A stretch of 64,000 bases of DNA from positions 1-64,000 of IMG/VR virus record IMGVR_UViG_3300023053_000008, one strand, 5' to 3'. Position 1 is the first letter of the stretch, and each line of letters begins with the position of its first letter. This document shows, in pieces, positions 29,726 to 39,454 of the stretch. This DNA comes from a virus (lineage: Duplodnaviria > Caudoviricetes). Under the pieces are notes generated by a model. It made no database searches. It was not told where the DNA came from and saw nothing but the letters and a program-made list of their open reading frames with translations. Both the position numbers and the translations under genes were made by a program.

Positions 29726-30400
29726 TTATTTGCCTAACTTTTTATCACAGATAGATGTTAAGGCGTTTACAAACGTTTCTTGTTCTTCAGTATCAATATC
29801 ATAACCCATATATTTAACGTTCTTTAATAGACCGCTTACATATACAGCAAATTTAGTTAAATCAGTTTTAGCAATAAAATCATAAATCAAGTAAGTTAAA
29901 TAAGTAGCATGTTGTTTGTATTCTTCTGGTAAGAATGCTTTTAAAGTATTTTCTACATCTACTTTAGGGTAAGAATATTTTTTATCTGAATATAATTTAA
30001 TATAAACACCACGTTCAAGAATATCTAAACTCTTTTTAAGTGTTTTCTTACCGACATTATGTTTACCTAAACGATCTAATGTAAGAGTATCTTCTACTAA
30101 TGCTTTTTGTTTTAATAGAGTATCCTTGATATCTTGACCTAGTTCTTCATTAGATAATAATTCTTCAATACGTCCTAAAGTATGAGCTACTTTTAAACCG
30201 TTTTTAATTTCTTTAGCTTTTTCATCATTTTTGATTTTATCTTCAATATCAGATAATTCTTTTTGACTTTCTTTAAAGCTGTCTGAAAGTTCTTTAGCTC
30301 CTTCTTCTTGACTGATTACTTCATCACTTAATTCTTCTACGATGTTATTTGATACCTTTTTAAATTCATCCAATGAAATTCCTAGTTGTGTGTTTAACAT
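29726..30400 (-). CDS. Hypothetical protein (morphogenesis cluster)
   Basis: GGAGG RBS, open frame. Confidence 0.7.
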   Translation of the reverse strand: MLNTQLGISLDEFKKVSNNIVEELSDEVISQEEGAKELSDSFKESQKELSDIEDKIKNDEKAKEIKNGLKVAHTLGRIEELLSNEELGQDIKDTLLKQKALVEDTLTLDRLGKHNVGKKTLKKSLDILERGVYIKLYSDKKYSYPKVDVENTLKAFLPEEYKQHATYLTYLIYDFIAKTDLTKFAVYVSGLLKNVKYMGYDIDTEEQETFVNALTSICDKKLGK

Positions 30401-30420
30401 AATAATTCCTCCAATAAGTT

Positions 30421-31194
30421 TTATTTAGTAGTGTTTGTTTTAAAAATTTTAATTAATCTTGATTTAACTTTCATCTGCAATGAATCATTTGCTTTGATAT
30501 ATGGTTTAAGAGTTTCAAATAGATTTGATTCAAAACCTACATCAGAGAAACGTTCTTCCATTAATACGTTTCTAATATAGAAATTAGTAAGCATTTCTGG
30601 ATCATTTTTAGTCATTAAATCAATTAAATAAGCATTGTCTTCAATTTCAATTGAATCAATGATTTCATCTAAATTGAATACAATAAAAATATTTTCATTG
30701 TTTAAATACTTTTTAAGATTAACAAATGATAAATCTTTTTTATTTGTATTAGGTTTGAATGCTTTTACTAAATTCTTACGTTCTGTAGTAATATAATTAA
30801 CTAGGAAGTTAATACAATTATCTTGTAAATCTATAATAAAGAATTTGTAGAAAGATTCAATTAATTCTAATCTATCATTAAATGTTACTGATTCTGAGAA
30901 ATCTACTTTAATATTGAACTTTTCAGTAATCAGAACTTTAATCTCTTCATAAACCTTTTCAATTGCACTTTTAATCTTAGTTGTAATCTCTTCATTATCT
31001 TTATATTTATTCATTACATAATTATAACGTTGAATAAAGTAAGGAAGATAAGATGTTTGAATCTCTTTTTGATCCAATAATATACCATTAATCTGGTCTT
31101 CAATATTTTTTAATACGATATCATCAGATAATGTGTTTATAATTTGATCAATGTCTCTTTCTGTAAAGAAGTCTCGGTTACTATCATTAATCAT
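30421..31194 (-). CDS. Hypothetical protein; start moved from 31254 to MINDS at 31194
   Basis: AAGGGG RBS precedes the ATG at 31194; the upstream extension is AT-rich promoter sequence. Confidence 0.65.
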   Translation of the reverse strand: MINDSNRDFFTERDIDQIINTLSDDIVLKNIEDQINGILLDQKEIQTSYLPYFIQRYNYVMNKYKDNEEITTKIKSAIEKVYEEIKVLITEKFNIKVDFSESVTFNDRLELIESFYKFFIIDLQDNCINFLVNYITTERKNLVKAFKPNTNKKDLSFVNLKKYLNNENIFIVFNLDEIIDSIEIEDNAYLIDLMTKNDPEMLTNFYIRNVLMEERFSDVGFESNLFETLKPYIKANDSLQMKVKSRLIKIFKTNTTK

Positions 31195-31288
31195 TGCTAT
31201 TGCCCCTTTATAAAAAATAATTATATAATATAAAATATGTATACTAACTAACACAAAATTATTTTTATGTTAGTTAGTATTTAATTTT

Positions 31289-31498
31289 TTAAAATTCTAC
31301 TTTCTCTAAATATTTTACATTAACATCATATGTCATTCCAATTTCCTCTTTAAGAGTCTTATGCTTAATAATTTTTACATTAGCAATATTACCTCTTAAT
31401 TGGACTATTTGACCTGTCATATATTCATTAGTAATGCAGAATATTTCATTAGATTCAGGTGTACCTTTAACTAAATCATAACGTTGTAATTTAGCCAT
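31289..31498 (-). CDS. Small SH3/KOW-like hypothetical protein
   Basis: GGAGG RBS; beta-strand pattern GQIVQLRGNIANVKI. Confidence 0.55.
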   Translation of the reverse strand: MAKLQRYDLVKGTPESNEIFCITNEYMTGQIVQLRGNIANVKIIKHKTLKEEIGMTYDVNVKYLEKVEF

Positions 31499-31500
31499 AA

Positions 31501-33462
31501 TTATCCTCCTATAATGAAATTAATCATTCTAATTCTCTTAGCGTTCTTATTATCTGGGTTGTTAGCAGGATTCATAGGATTTTTTGGATCTAAGAAATCA
31601 TCAATAATCCTTTGAGAAGTACTGAAGTCAGTAAAGTTTTCATATGGTTTAGAAAGATTCTTAATTCTATTAACCATTGTTTTATCTGCATTTCCAGTAT
31701 CAAATGATCTATCACTGATTTCCTTAAGGAATTTATTAATATTAGTACCATAAATTAAAGCATAAAGACCGATTAAGTAAGCCATTAAGCTATCATCATG
31801 GAATCCTGGTCCATGTTCAATCTTACCTCGTTTAGTACGTATTAAACTACGAATTTCAGCGAAGATTTTCTTACTTATTAATGAATCAGTTCTTTCATTA
31901 ATCATCATAAATAGAATCTCATTAATCATGATATCCCTAGAATTCTTAAGTGTATTAATACCATAGATTCTAGTTTCAGTACCAGAATTTGTAGACTTTT
32001 TCTTAGGATCGGTAATTTTCTTCTGTCCTTTTTCCTTCCTAACTTCATAATAAAGATTGGAAGCAATACTTGAACGTAATAGTAAGTCAATAACAGCAAT
32101 ACCTGCGTTATTTCGCTCTACTACGACTACAGCACTTGGTAAATACTGTTCTATTAAATGAATTATAACTATACTTAAATCAGTTGTACCAATAGTATTA
32201 CTATTAAATTCGCATACTGGTTTAAGAGATGCTGGATCAATAACTGTTATTGCAGAGGAGTCTTCACTTAAACCAGCCGCTACATCGACAGATACTATCC
32301 ATGATTTATTTCTTAAATTCTTCATATCTTCAATAATATCGAAACGATATACTTCATTAATAAAGAATTTAGCTAAAGGTTCTTTAACATATTGCTCAAT
32401 CATAGACAATTGTTCCTCTGAGAATGGAGAAACGTTATTTGCATATGTCCACTCAAGTAATAACTCACGTTTAACTTTAAGCATGTTACCAAATAAGTCA
32501 GCAATCTGTTCTTTTAACCATTTCTCATCTCGTCCTAGTTCTTTATAAGTGAACTCGATACGAATGAATTTATTTTTAGAATGTTCCAATATATGCTCTC
32601 TGATTTTAGTAGAATCCCAATCATACCATGTTTCATCAAACCAAAGCGCATCTGTTAATATTTTGTGACAGAATTTTCCCTCTTTTGAATCTAAATCATT
32701 AGGTGTTGTCGTAATTAATTTTCCAAACGGTGCTCCACGTTTTCCTGCTTCCTCAGAAGCTTTTGTAAGTGCTGGAGATGCAGATTCGTATATAGTATCA
32801 TTAAATTTTAAGAATGCAAACTCATCAAACCAACATACAGGAATAGTTAAACCACGACCTAATTTATCGGCATTAGGTTTATCTTTAGCTGTACTTAAGG
32901 CTTTAATAGTGTTATTATTCTCATCACATCTAATTAAGTTAACGTTATTAGTATCAATCTTAGGATTTAAATGTGGTTTAAGATATTCTGGTAGTAATTC
33001 CATGATATCTGTAAGACGTTTAATATTTAACTGAGAATCCCCTAACTCCTTGTTACTAAATACAATATTAGAGTTTTGTGTTGAGTAGTTATAAACCCAA
33101 GAATAATAAGATACCGCACCAATAGTCTTGCCATGCTGACGTGGTAGTATTTCTATTATATTTAAGTTTAAGTTCATACAGAATGTTTGCGCTAAGTTAC
33201 CTCTATGAAGTAAATAAGGTGTATGACCACCTGGCACTGGTATTCTTATAACTTCTCTTAAGTAGTACCATACATTAATACGACATTCTTTAAGAATCCT
33301 TACTTGCATTTCTAATGAAAGATTAGGATCATGTGGATCGACATCTAATAAGTTAGAATCATAAAGGGCTAAGAAGAATTTATTATTTTGTATACCCATA
33401 TCTTTAAGTTCTTTAAACATTTTTAAGAAACTTACGTTTGTGGTATTATATTGATAAACCAT
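31501..33462 (-). CDS. terL: Terminase large subunit
   Basis: Walker A LPRQHGKT, Walker B WFDEFAF, LITTTPN, nuclease SVDVAAG and HDDSLMA. Confidence 0.93.
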   Translation of the reverse strand: MVYQYNTTNVSFLKMFKELKDMGIQNNKFFLALYDSNLLDVDPHDPNLSLEMQVRILKECRINVWYYLREVIRIPVPGGHTPYLLHRGNLAQTFCMNLNLNIIEILPRQHGKTIGAVSYYSWVYNYSTQNSNIVFSNKELGDSQLNIKRLTDIMELLPEYLKPHLNPKIDTNNVNLIRCDENNNTIKALSTAKDKPNADKLGRGLTIPVCWFDEFAFLKFNDTIYESASPALTKASEEAGKRGAPFGKLITTTPNDLDSKEGKFCHKILTDALWFDETWYDWDSTKIREHILEHSKNKFIRIEFTYKELGRDEKWLKEQIADLFGNMLKVKRELLLEWTYANNVSPFSEEQLSMIEQYVKEPLAKFFINEVYRFDIIEDMKNLRNKSWIVSVDVAAGLSEDSSAITVIDPASLKPVCEFNSNTIGTTDLSIVIIHLIEQYLPSAVVVVERNNAGIAVIDLLLRSSIASNLYYEVRKEKGQKKITDPKKKSTNSGTETRIYGINTLKNSRDIMINEILFMMINERTDSLISKKIFAEIRSLIRTKRGKIEHGPGFHDDSLMAYLIGLYALIYGTNINKFLKEISDRSFDTGNADKTMVNRIKNLSKPYENFTDFSTSQRIIDDFLDPKNPMNPANNPDNKNAKRIRMINFIIGG

Positions 33463-33480
33463 CTTAGTACACCCCTTCCT

Positions 33481-34446
33481 TTATTTTTCTATATTATCTA
33501 TTTGTTTTAAAATTTCTTTTATAGCTTTTCTCATTTCCTCACCGTTCTCAGGATCGTTCATCTCTTTAATCAACTCTCGTTTAATGAGTTGACGTCTTAG
33601 ATAAGTAGCACTAAATTGGTTTGAAATCCATGTAAAGATGTTTTTATCTTTTTTAATCTTGCCTGACATGACCATTTCAAACTCAGCCATTGTCTCATAG
33701 ATTTCTTTACCATAACCATATTTAACAGCAAACTTATCACTCCAAGCTTCTGATTTTGAATAATAGCGAATAGATACTAATGTTGAAGAGTAAACATAAG
33801 ATACCATGATAAGAGCAGCGATTGCTGGAATTGGTGAAATAAGACTTAGTATAGTACTAGGGATACTAATACCTGCTATAACTAATTCTATAATTTTTCC
33901 TTCAGCATTCAACTTTTTCTGTACTGGTAAGTAGACCTTATGTCCGATTTCATGGAGGATTACAGCAGTGATGTGTCTTCCAGTAAGACCTCTAAATTTA
34001 CATAACTTCAAGAAGCCTTCTTCAATGTACATATTAGCTTCTCTTCGTTTAATAAATTTATATCCAGTTTCTTTATCTTTAATAGCTTCTTCAGCTATAC
34101 CTTTAGCTTCCTCTTTAGTAAGGAATATGCACGCACCGTATGAAAGACTATTAGGACGACTGATATCTACTGCAATACGGCTTTTAAGATTAAATGTCTT
34201 GTCAAGAATCTTTTCAATCTTAATAAGCATGCTTTCAAACTTCTTATCATGAACATCCTTTATGTTTTTATAACGTTGAATGCCTTTTAAAGAATATGCA
34301 GTGGTATTTTCAACTACATATCTATCTAATATTTGTTGAAATAGAGTATCAATCGTACTTAAGTCGTTCACACTATATACTTCTTCTAATAGAAGTCTCT
34401 TTTCTTCTAAACTGTTAGCATTAAATTTACCCTTCATAAATGACAA
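33481..34446 (-). CDS. HExxH zinc-metallopeptidase-like protein with a hydrophobic segment, probable virion protein
   Basis: ILHEIGH plus SEAWSDKFAVKYGYG (M48-like E..AD..A); N-terminal LLLEE. Confidence 0.6.
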   Translation of the reverse strand: MSFMKGKFNANSLEEKRLLLEEVYSVNDLSTIDTLFQQILDRYVVENTTAYSLKGIQRYKNIKDVHDKKFESMLIKIEKILDKTFNLKSRIAVDISRPNSLSYGACIFLTKEEAKGIAEEAIKDKETGYKFIKRREANMYIEEGFLKLCKFRGLTGRHITAVILHEIGHKVYLPVQKKLNAEGKIIELVIAGISIPSTILSLISPIPAIAALIMVSYVYSSTLVSIRYYSKSEAWSDKFAVKYGYGKEIYETMAEFEMVMSGKIKKDKNIFTWISNQFSATYLRRQLIKRELIKEMNDPENGEEMRKAIKEILKQIDNIEK

Positions 34447-34469
34447 CCTTTCTAAAAATTATTATATAT

Positions 34470-34505
34470 AAAAACCAATCAGACTATTATGCCTGATTGG
34501 TTTTT
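34470..34505 (-). terminator. Terminator after the major capsid gene
   Basis: AAAAACCAATCAG/CTGATTGGTTTTT. Confidence 0.75.
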
Positions 34506-34509
34506 AATT

Positions 34510-36093
34510 TTAGTATGGTCGAGTTAAAGTACCATCGTTGTTTAAGATATCAATCTTACCAATTAATGGAGTGAACTCTTCAAGTGTATGACGTTTTGTC
34601 ATCATTACACTTGGTACGTTTTGTTTCTGAGTATTCAAGTAGTTATTTACTACGTTGAATGTGTAAGGGTAGTAAGCAAAAGTCTTGAACTTATCTGTAC
34701 TTGGACAGAAGAAGATCGTTAATTTTCCTTGTGGAATAATGTCAGAAGAAATGATATTGAAACGATCAGATCCAGACATAGCACCAATGCTGTATTCTAC
34801 CTCAACACCGTTTTGAGTGTCAGAAACGTTATTGAATGACCAAGACACGTTTGGAATTAACATTGTGTCTAATGGGTTACCAATAATCACAAAGTATCCT
34901 TGGTAGTAGTAAGTGTCGTTTTTCATTTTCTTAGCTAAGAAGTTGATAACACGACGGATTTCAGTTAACCAATCTTGTGGATTACCAGCAAATTGAGGAG
35001 CAGGATGCACGTCGAATTTAGCATGATAAGTACCACCAGTACCTTCGTAAGCTTTATCTAAGAACATTAAGATCTCTTGGTCAACTTTTAATGAGTTAAG
35101 ATTTGACATGATGTCAATAACCTCTGACGCACCATCGATGTTATAAAGAGCCATAGCATCTTGTAAGAACTCAAGTGGCAGAGAAGCCTCAATGTGTTCG
35201 CCAGTTGGAATTTCGATTTCACGTTTAGTTAACTCGAAGCTAACGTTTGTAGCAGTGTTGTGAGCTTCAGAAGAAACCCAACCTAAAATTTTAACACCTT
35301 TAACAGTTTGTTTAAGAGATGTTAAAGTAAGAGTACCTTTTGCTAAGTCTACTCCACCCATTACTACATCTTCAGTAACAGTACCATCAGTATGTTTAGC
35401 AGAAACTTCACCATATAGACGACGGTTAAGGTCAGCTTTGATGTTAACTACTACTTCTTTAACTTCTGGATTTGCACCATCTTTATCTTTAGCTTCAATT
35501 GAAACACGATCAATGATGAACTTAGTATCAATTGAATCACCTGTAGCGATAGAAGAACCAACTGGTCCTAAAAGATCTACTGCCATAGCAGGTAATGCGA
35601 TAAGGTCTTTAGTTAAGCGTTTTTTCTCAGCTAAAGTATTTGCAGGATCACGCATTCCTTCTGGTAAATACTTACGTTCACCTGTTGGTAATTGAACGAA
35701 AGGTTTAGAGAATGGAACTGTGAATGCTGGTGCATTTACTGGTTCAGTTGGAATTGCATATTTAAGAGCAATTTTTGCCCACATTTTACGAATAATTGGT
35801 ACAGTGAAAGAAGAAATAGGAGCGATTCCGCCTAAATTCGACTCACGGATAATATTCATACGAGCGTTTTCCATTAGAACACGAACTGTCTCTTGATCAG
35901 TTGCATCTAAATCTTCTGTAAAGTAATCTACATAAGAGTTGTATTGTGAGCTATTAGAGATAACCTCTTTAATACCTTCACCAAGAATATTTACTTGATA
36001 CTTCTGTTTGAAGAAATCATTAGCTTCTTTAAGCACAGTACTGAATTCATCATTTACTGACTTAGTTAATGTTTGTTTGTATTGTACAACCAT
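34510..36093 (-). CDS. Major capsid protein (HK97 fold, T4 gp23-like)
   Basis: Between terminase and protease, strongest codon bias, IIRES propeptide site, PIIRKMW, KVDQEILMFL, MTKRH. Confidence 0.85.
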   Translation of the reverse strand: MVVQYKQTLTKSVNDEFSTVLKEANDFFKQKYQVNILGEGIKEVISNSSQYNSYVDYFTEDLDATDQETVRVLMENARMNIIRESNLGGIAPISSFTVPIIRKMWAKIALKYAIPTEPVNAPAFTVPFSKPFVQLPTGERKYLPEGMRDPANTLAEKKRLTKDLIALPAMAVDLLGPVGSSIATGDSIDTKFIIDRVSIEAKDKDGANPEVKEVVVNIKADLNRRLYGEVSAKHTDGTVTEDVVMGGVDLAKGTLTLTSLKQTVKGVKILGWVSSEAHNTATNVSFELTKREIEIPTGEHIEASLPLEFLQDAMALYNIDGASEVIDIMSNLNSLKVDQEILMFLDKAYEGTGGTYHAKFDVHPAPQFAGNPQDWLTEIRRVINFLAKKMKNDTYYYQGYFVIIGNPLDTMLIPNVSWSFNNVSDTQNGVEVEYSIGAMSGSDRFNIISSDIIPQGKLTIFFCPSTDKFKTFAYYPYTFNVVNNYLNTQKQNVPSVMMTKRHTLEEFTPLIGKIDILNNDGTLTRPY

Positions 36094-36125
36094 AATTTAA
36101 CTACTCTCCTTCATAAAATTATTAT

Positions 36126-36138
36126 TAATTATTTTGTT
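36126..36138 (-). promoter_or_regulatory. Late-type promoter variant AACA-N7-TA before the capsid gene
   Basis: Spacer is 7 rather than 6 nt. Confidence 0.4.
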
Positions 36139-36203
36139 ATGAAATAAACTATAGAAAATATATAATTTTTTGTTTAAAAAAATTAATCATAAAAACTATA
36201 TAT

Positions 36204-36815
36204 TCACTCTTGCTTATTTATTTGTTTAAACGATTGAATCAAAATATCGAATTTTTGCTTGAATGCATCGAATATAATTTCTAGCTTCGAGTTATCAATA
36301 TTCTTAATTTCTTTAGTTAAAATATAATCAATCTTAGACTTAATATCGGATACATTTTCCAATATATAATTGATAACTTTCATTTGTTCATCATCTGGAA
36401 TATCATCATATTCTATATATTGCTTATGAAGATTTACTTGATCAATAAAATTATTACATAACTCAGATAATCTAGAATAATCATCAAAGAACATAAGCTT
36501 TCTAGCTATTTCAGGCTTATCAACATCATCTGGTGTCATTTGAGTGTTAGTATCTCCATCAGTACCATCACCAGTTTCTTCTCCATCTCCTGAAGAAGTT
36601 TCAGTATCATCTCCACCAGTATCAAGACCATTTGAATCATCATCAGAAGATTCGTCACCTTCATCATTACCTGTATGCTGTTCGTTTGAATCATTGTCTT
36701 TACCATCATCTGAAATGTCTTCAACATCACTTTCAACCTCATCCATTTTATCATGAATATCGTCAGAAGTAGTTTCGTTATCAGCTTCTAAAAGAAGTGT
36801 CTCAAAGTAATTCAT
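36204..36815 (-). CDS. Very acidic prohead core/scaffold-like protein
   Basis: D/E/S/G-rich N-half, LLLEA site, located next to the capsid gene. Confidence 0.55.
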   Translation of the reverse strand: MNYFETLLLEADNETTSDDIHDKMDEVESDVEDISDDGKDNDSNEQHTGNDEGDESSDDDSNGLDTGGDDTETSSGDGEETGDGTDGDTNTQMTPDDVDKPEIARKLMFFDDYSRLSELCNNFIDQVNLHKQYIEYDDIPDDEQMKVINYILENVSDIKSKIDYILTKEIKNIDNSKLEIIFDAFKQKFDILIQSFKQINKQE

Positions 36816-36826
36816 TATCTAACCTC

Positions 36827-37354
36827 CTATTCATGCTGTTCATCTTTTTCTTCAGATTTATAAACTTTAATCTTTTTAATATTAGCTTCTAAAGTTGAAC
36901 GTATTTTAATAAGTTTGTATCTTTCTTTATCATCTTCTACCTTTTCTAACTGATGTTTAACAAACTCTAACTTATCAGTGTATACTTTTAAAAGCTTAGT
37001 TCTCTGCTCTGCTGATACCTTCTGTTTAAGATAACGGTCAGTATAATAAGTAATAACTCCAGCTAAAGGATTAATCAAGAATACTCCATATATTAATGAA
37101 GCTCTTACTGTAACTTTAATAAGGCGACTTATAGTAGAAGTTTTCAGTAATTCATCTTCTTTCATAGTATAGATAGATTTAATTAAATCCAGTACCTTCT
37201 TACCTTTCTCTTTAGCCACCTTAGGGTCAACCTTTACTTTCTTACCATCTTTAGTAGAATCTTTTTCTAGTTCCTTTTTAACTTTCTCGGCTTCCAAAAA
37301 TACATTAAGACTATATTCCTCGAAAACGTCTTCATCTAGAAAAAAAGTCTTCAT
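36827..37354 (-). CDS. Probable head protein with a hydrophobic hairpin
   Basis: VFLEA site; ASLIYGVFLINPLAGVI segment. Confidence 0.55.
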   Translation of the reverse strand: MKTFFLDEDVFEEYSLNVFLEAEKVKKELEKDSTKDGKKVKVDPKVAKEKGKKVLDLIKSIYTMKEDELLKTSTISRLIKVTVRASLIYGVFLINPLAGVITYYTDRYLKQKVSAEQRTKLLKVYTDKLEFVKHQLEKVEDDKERYKLIKIRSTLEANIKKIKVYKSEEKDEQHE

Positions 37355-37380
37355 ATTATCACCGCTTTCATATATTCTTA

Positions 37381-37405
37381 TAATAAATTGTTAAACATTC
37401 TAATA
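37381..37405. promoter_or_regulatory. Back-to-back late-type promoters (minus 37381-37392, plus 37394-37405)
   Basis: TA-ataaat-TGTT-A-AACA-ttctaa-TA between divergent head genes. Confidence 0.65.
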
Positions 37406-37445
37406 TAAATAATTGTATTAAATATCTTGAAAGGAATGATATTTT

Positions 37446-38264
37446 ATGGAAAAATTAGATGGTTTTATTATCACTGAATCAGCATATTCAGCTAAACCTA
37501 AAATTGTTTCAGATAAAGCAGATGTAACAGTAGTAGAAACTATTCTTCAAGAAGCAGAAGCGGATAACCGCAATAAACGTCGTTATGATCGAGGTGGATT
37601 ATTTGGAGCATTAAAAACTCCACAAATCCAAGAGAAATTAAAAAGAAAGACTTTCTATGGAGAAGCAGGACATCCATTAGCTTCTGATGACCATGATGCT
37701 GACCTTAGACGTCAAACTTATATTGATCAAACACGTATTTCTCATATTATTACAGACCTTAAATTTGAAGGTAATTTAGTTAAAGGTATGGTAGAAAGTG
37801 CTAACACTGCTTGCGGTAAAGACTTCCAAGGTCTTATTCGTCAAGGTTCAGAAGTATCTTTCTCTATGCGTGGTATTGGTGGAGCGGCAAAACGTCGTGG
37901 AGACATTACTTTAATTGAAGGACCGCTTATGATCATCTGTTATGACTGGGTAGTATTCCCCTCTCATGCTAATGCTTATATGGAGAAAATCATCCAAGAA
38001 AGTGCTCAAGTAAATGAGAAAATTTTAACAGAAGGTAAAATTACCCCTGCTAATATGAATGAGTTATTCTCTTATATTGCTGAATCTAGTAAGAACGTTC
38101 AAGAGCTTGCAGAAGCGGCTGGATTTGAAATTAAAAAAGACGGTTCTAATTTATTTGTAGCTAAAGACAAAATGTTAAGTATTCGTGAAGGTGGAGACAT
38201 CCTTAAAGTTAAATTAGAAGACTTCGTATCTACTGAATTAGACGAGTATATGAGACTCTTCTAA
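37446..38264 (+). CDS. Prohead protease (T4 gp21-like)
   Basis: NRNKRRY, YGEAGHP, FSMRGIG, YDWVVFPSH. Confidence 0.9.
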   Translation: MEKLDGFIITESAYSAKPKIVSDKADVTVVETILQEAEADNRNKRRYDRGGLFGALKTPQIQEKLKRKTFYGEAGHPLASDDHDADLRRQTYIDQTRISHIITDLKFEGNLVKGMVESANTACGKDFQGLIRQGSEVSFSMRGIGGAAKRRGDITLIEGPLMIICYDWVVFPSHANAYMEKIIQESAQVNEKILTEGKITPANMNELFSYIAESSKNVQELAEAAGFEIKKDGSNLFVAKDKMLSIREGGDILKVKLEDFVSTELDEYMRLF

Positions 38265-38282
38265 TATAAAGGAGGGATTATA

Positions 38283-38987
38283 TTGTTATCACCAACTAAA
38301 GTTCTTCGGAACGTAGAAAAAAAATTAGGTTTTAAGTTTAATGAATTAGAATTAGATGCTGAAGAAATGATGGATAATATAAGGGATGAAACTCTTCCTG
38401 TATTTAGTAAATACTTCCCATTCCAAGAGAAAATTAAATTAACTCGTGAAGATGGTATTGAAGGTGAGAGAGGTCTTTATTATATTAAGAGTGAATTCGA
38501 AATAATAAATGTTAACCGTATAATTAGTAATGGTGGTTATAATACTGCTATTGATAATGGTAGACTTATTCCTAGAATCTCTTCGAATTATGAAGATCCA
38601 ATTGGAAGTCAATTAATGGCTGATATCCAATCAATGGTACAGAATCCAATTACTCATCGTTTTATATATCCTAATAAAGTTGAAATCATGCCTAGTGGAA
38701 CTGATGTTAATAGTTTAACGATTATACTGAATTGTGTTCATCCTGAACATTTCGGTACTATACCAGTAAATCTTCAAGATCAGTTCTTAAAACTAGCATT
38801 ACTTGATACTCAGGAAGCATTATATCAAATTCGTCATAGATTTGCTAATCTAAGAACTACCTACGGTGATATTGAACTATTTATAGATGATTTACAAAAC
38901 GCTTCTGATAAAAAGGAAGAATTAATAGAAACATTTAAAAGTTCAGTAATTAAGAATCCACATAGGAAAAAAATTTTCGTAATATAA
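38283..38987 (+). CDS. Probable neck/head-completion protein (gp13-like)
   Basis: N-terminal VEKKLG...ELDAEEMMDNI...FSKYFP resembles the gp13 RRLG...VEL..DQI.D.I pattern. Confidence 0.45.
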   Translation: MLSPTKVLRNVEKKLGFKFNELELDAEEMMDNIRDETLPVFSKYFPFQEKIKLTREDGIEGERGLYYIKSEFEIINVNRIISNGGYNTAIDNGRLIPRISSNYEDPIGSQLMADIQSMVQNPITHRFIYPNKVEIMPSGTDVNSLTIILNCVHPEHFGTIPVNLQDQFLKLALLDTQEALYQIRHRFANLRTTYGDIELFIDDLQNASDKKEELIETFKSSVIKNPHRKKIFVI

Positions 38988-38991
38988 TAAG

Positions 38992-39031
38992 AAAGCATAT
39001 ACACTACCAATTAAGGTAATGTATATGCTTT
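38992..39031. terminator. Bidirectional terminator
   Basis: AAAGCATATACA/TGTATATGCTTT between convergent genes. Confidence 0.7.
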
Positions 39032-39034
39032 TAT

Positions 39035-39454
39035 TTATTTCTCTTCAAGTAATAATGGTCTCATTGTATTAGTAGAAATCTTTTCTCTACTAATATTATT
39101 CTCCATATAACGTTTTCCAGTAATGGAATGTAACACATCAAATAGCTCATCTGAACTCTTTTTAACTGTCCCATAAACTACTTGATTATATCCCATACCG
39201 ATGATTCTATTCGCAAAATTAATAACATCGTCATGGGCTACTTTAATATCAAAATTAAAATCTAATGCACGTTTCTTAACATCCTTAAATATTTGAAGAG
39301 ATCCAATTAAGTCTCTCTTCGTTGGTTGTTCCTTAGATTTATCTTTATAGTATAAACGATTTTCCTCTACATTGTAATATAACTCAAATGTCTCTTTCTT
39401 AGGAAATAAAAAGCTATTAGATTTTGTTTCAAGAATCAATACGTTTACTTTCAT
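39035..39454 (-). CDS. Hypothetical protein
   Basis: GGAGG RBS; start overlaps the stop of the beta N gene. Confidence 0.7.
   Translation of the reverse strand: MKVNVLILETKSNSFLFPKKETFELYYNVEENRLYYKDKSKEQPTKRDLIGSLQIFKDVKKRALDFNFDIKVAHDDVINFANRIIGMGYNQVVYGTVKKSSDELFDVLHSITGKRYMENNISREKISTNTMRPLLLEEK

Noticed and set aside
36204-36815. Low-complexity GAT/TCA-rich tract as a DNA repeat element
   Set aside because: Explained by the D/S/G-rich coding sequence; no fixed repeat unit
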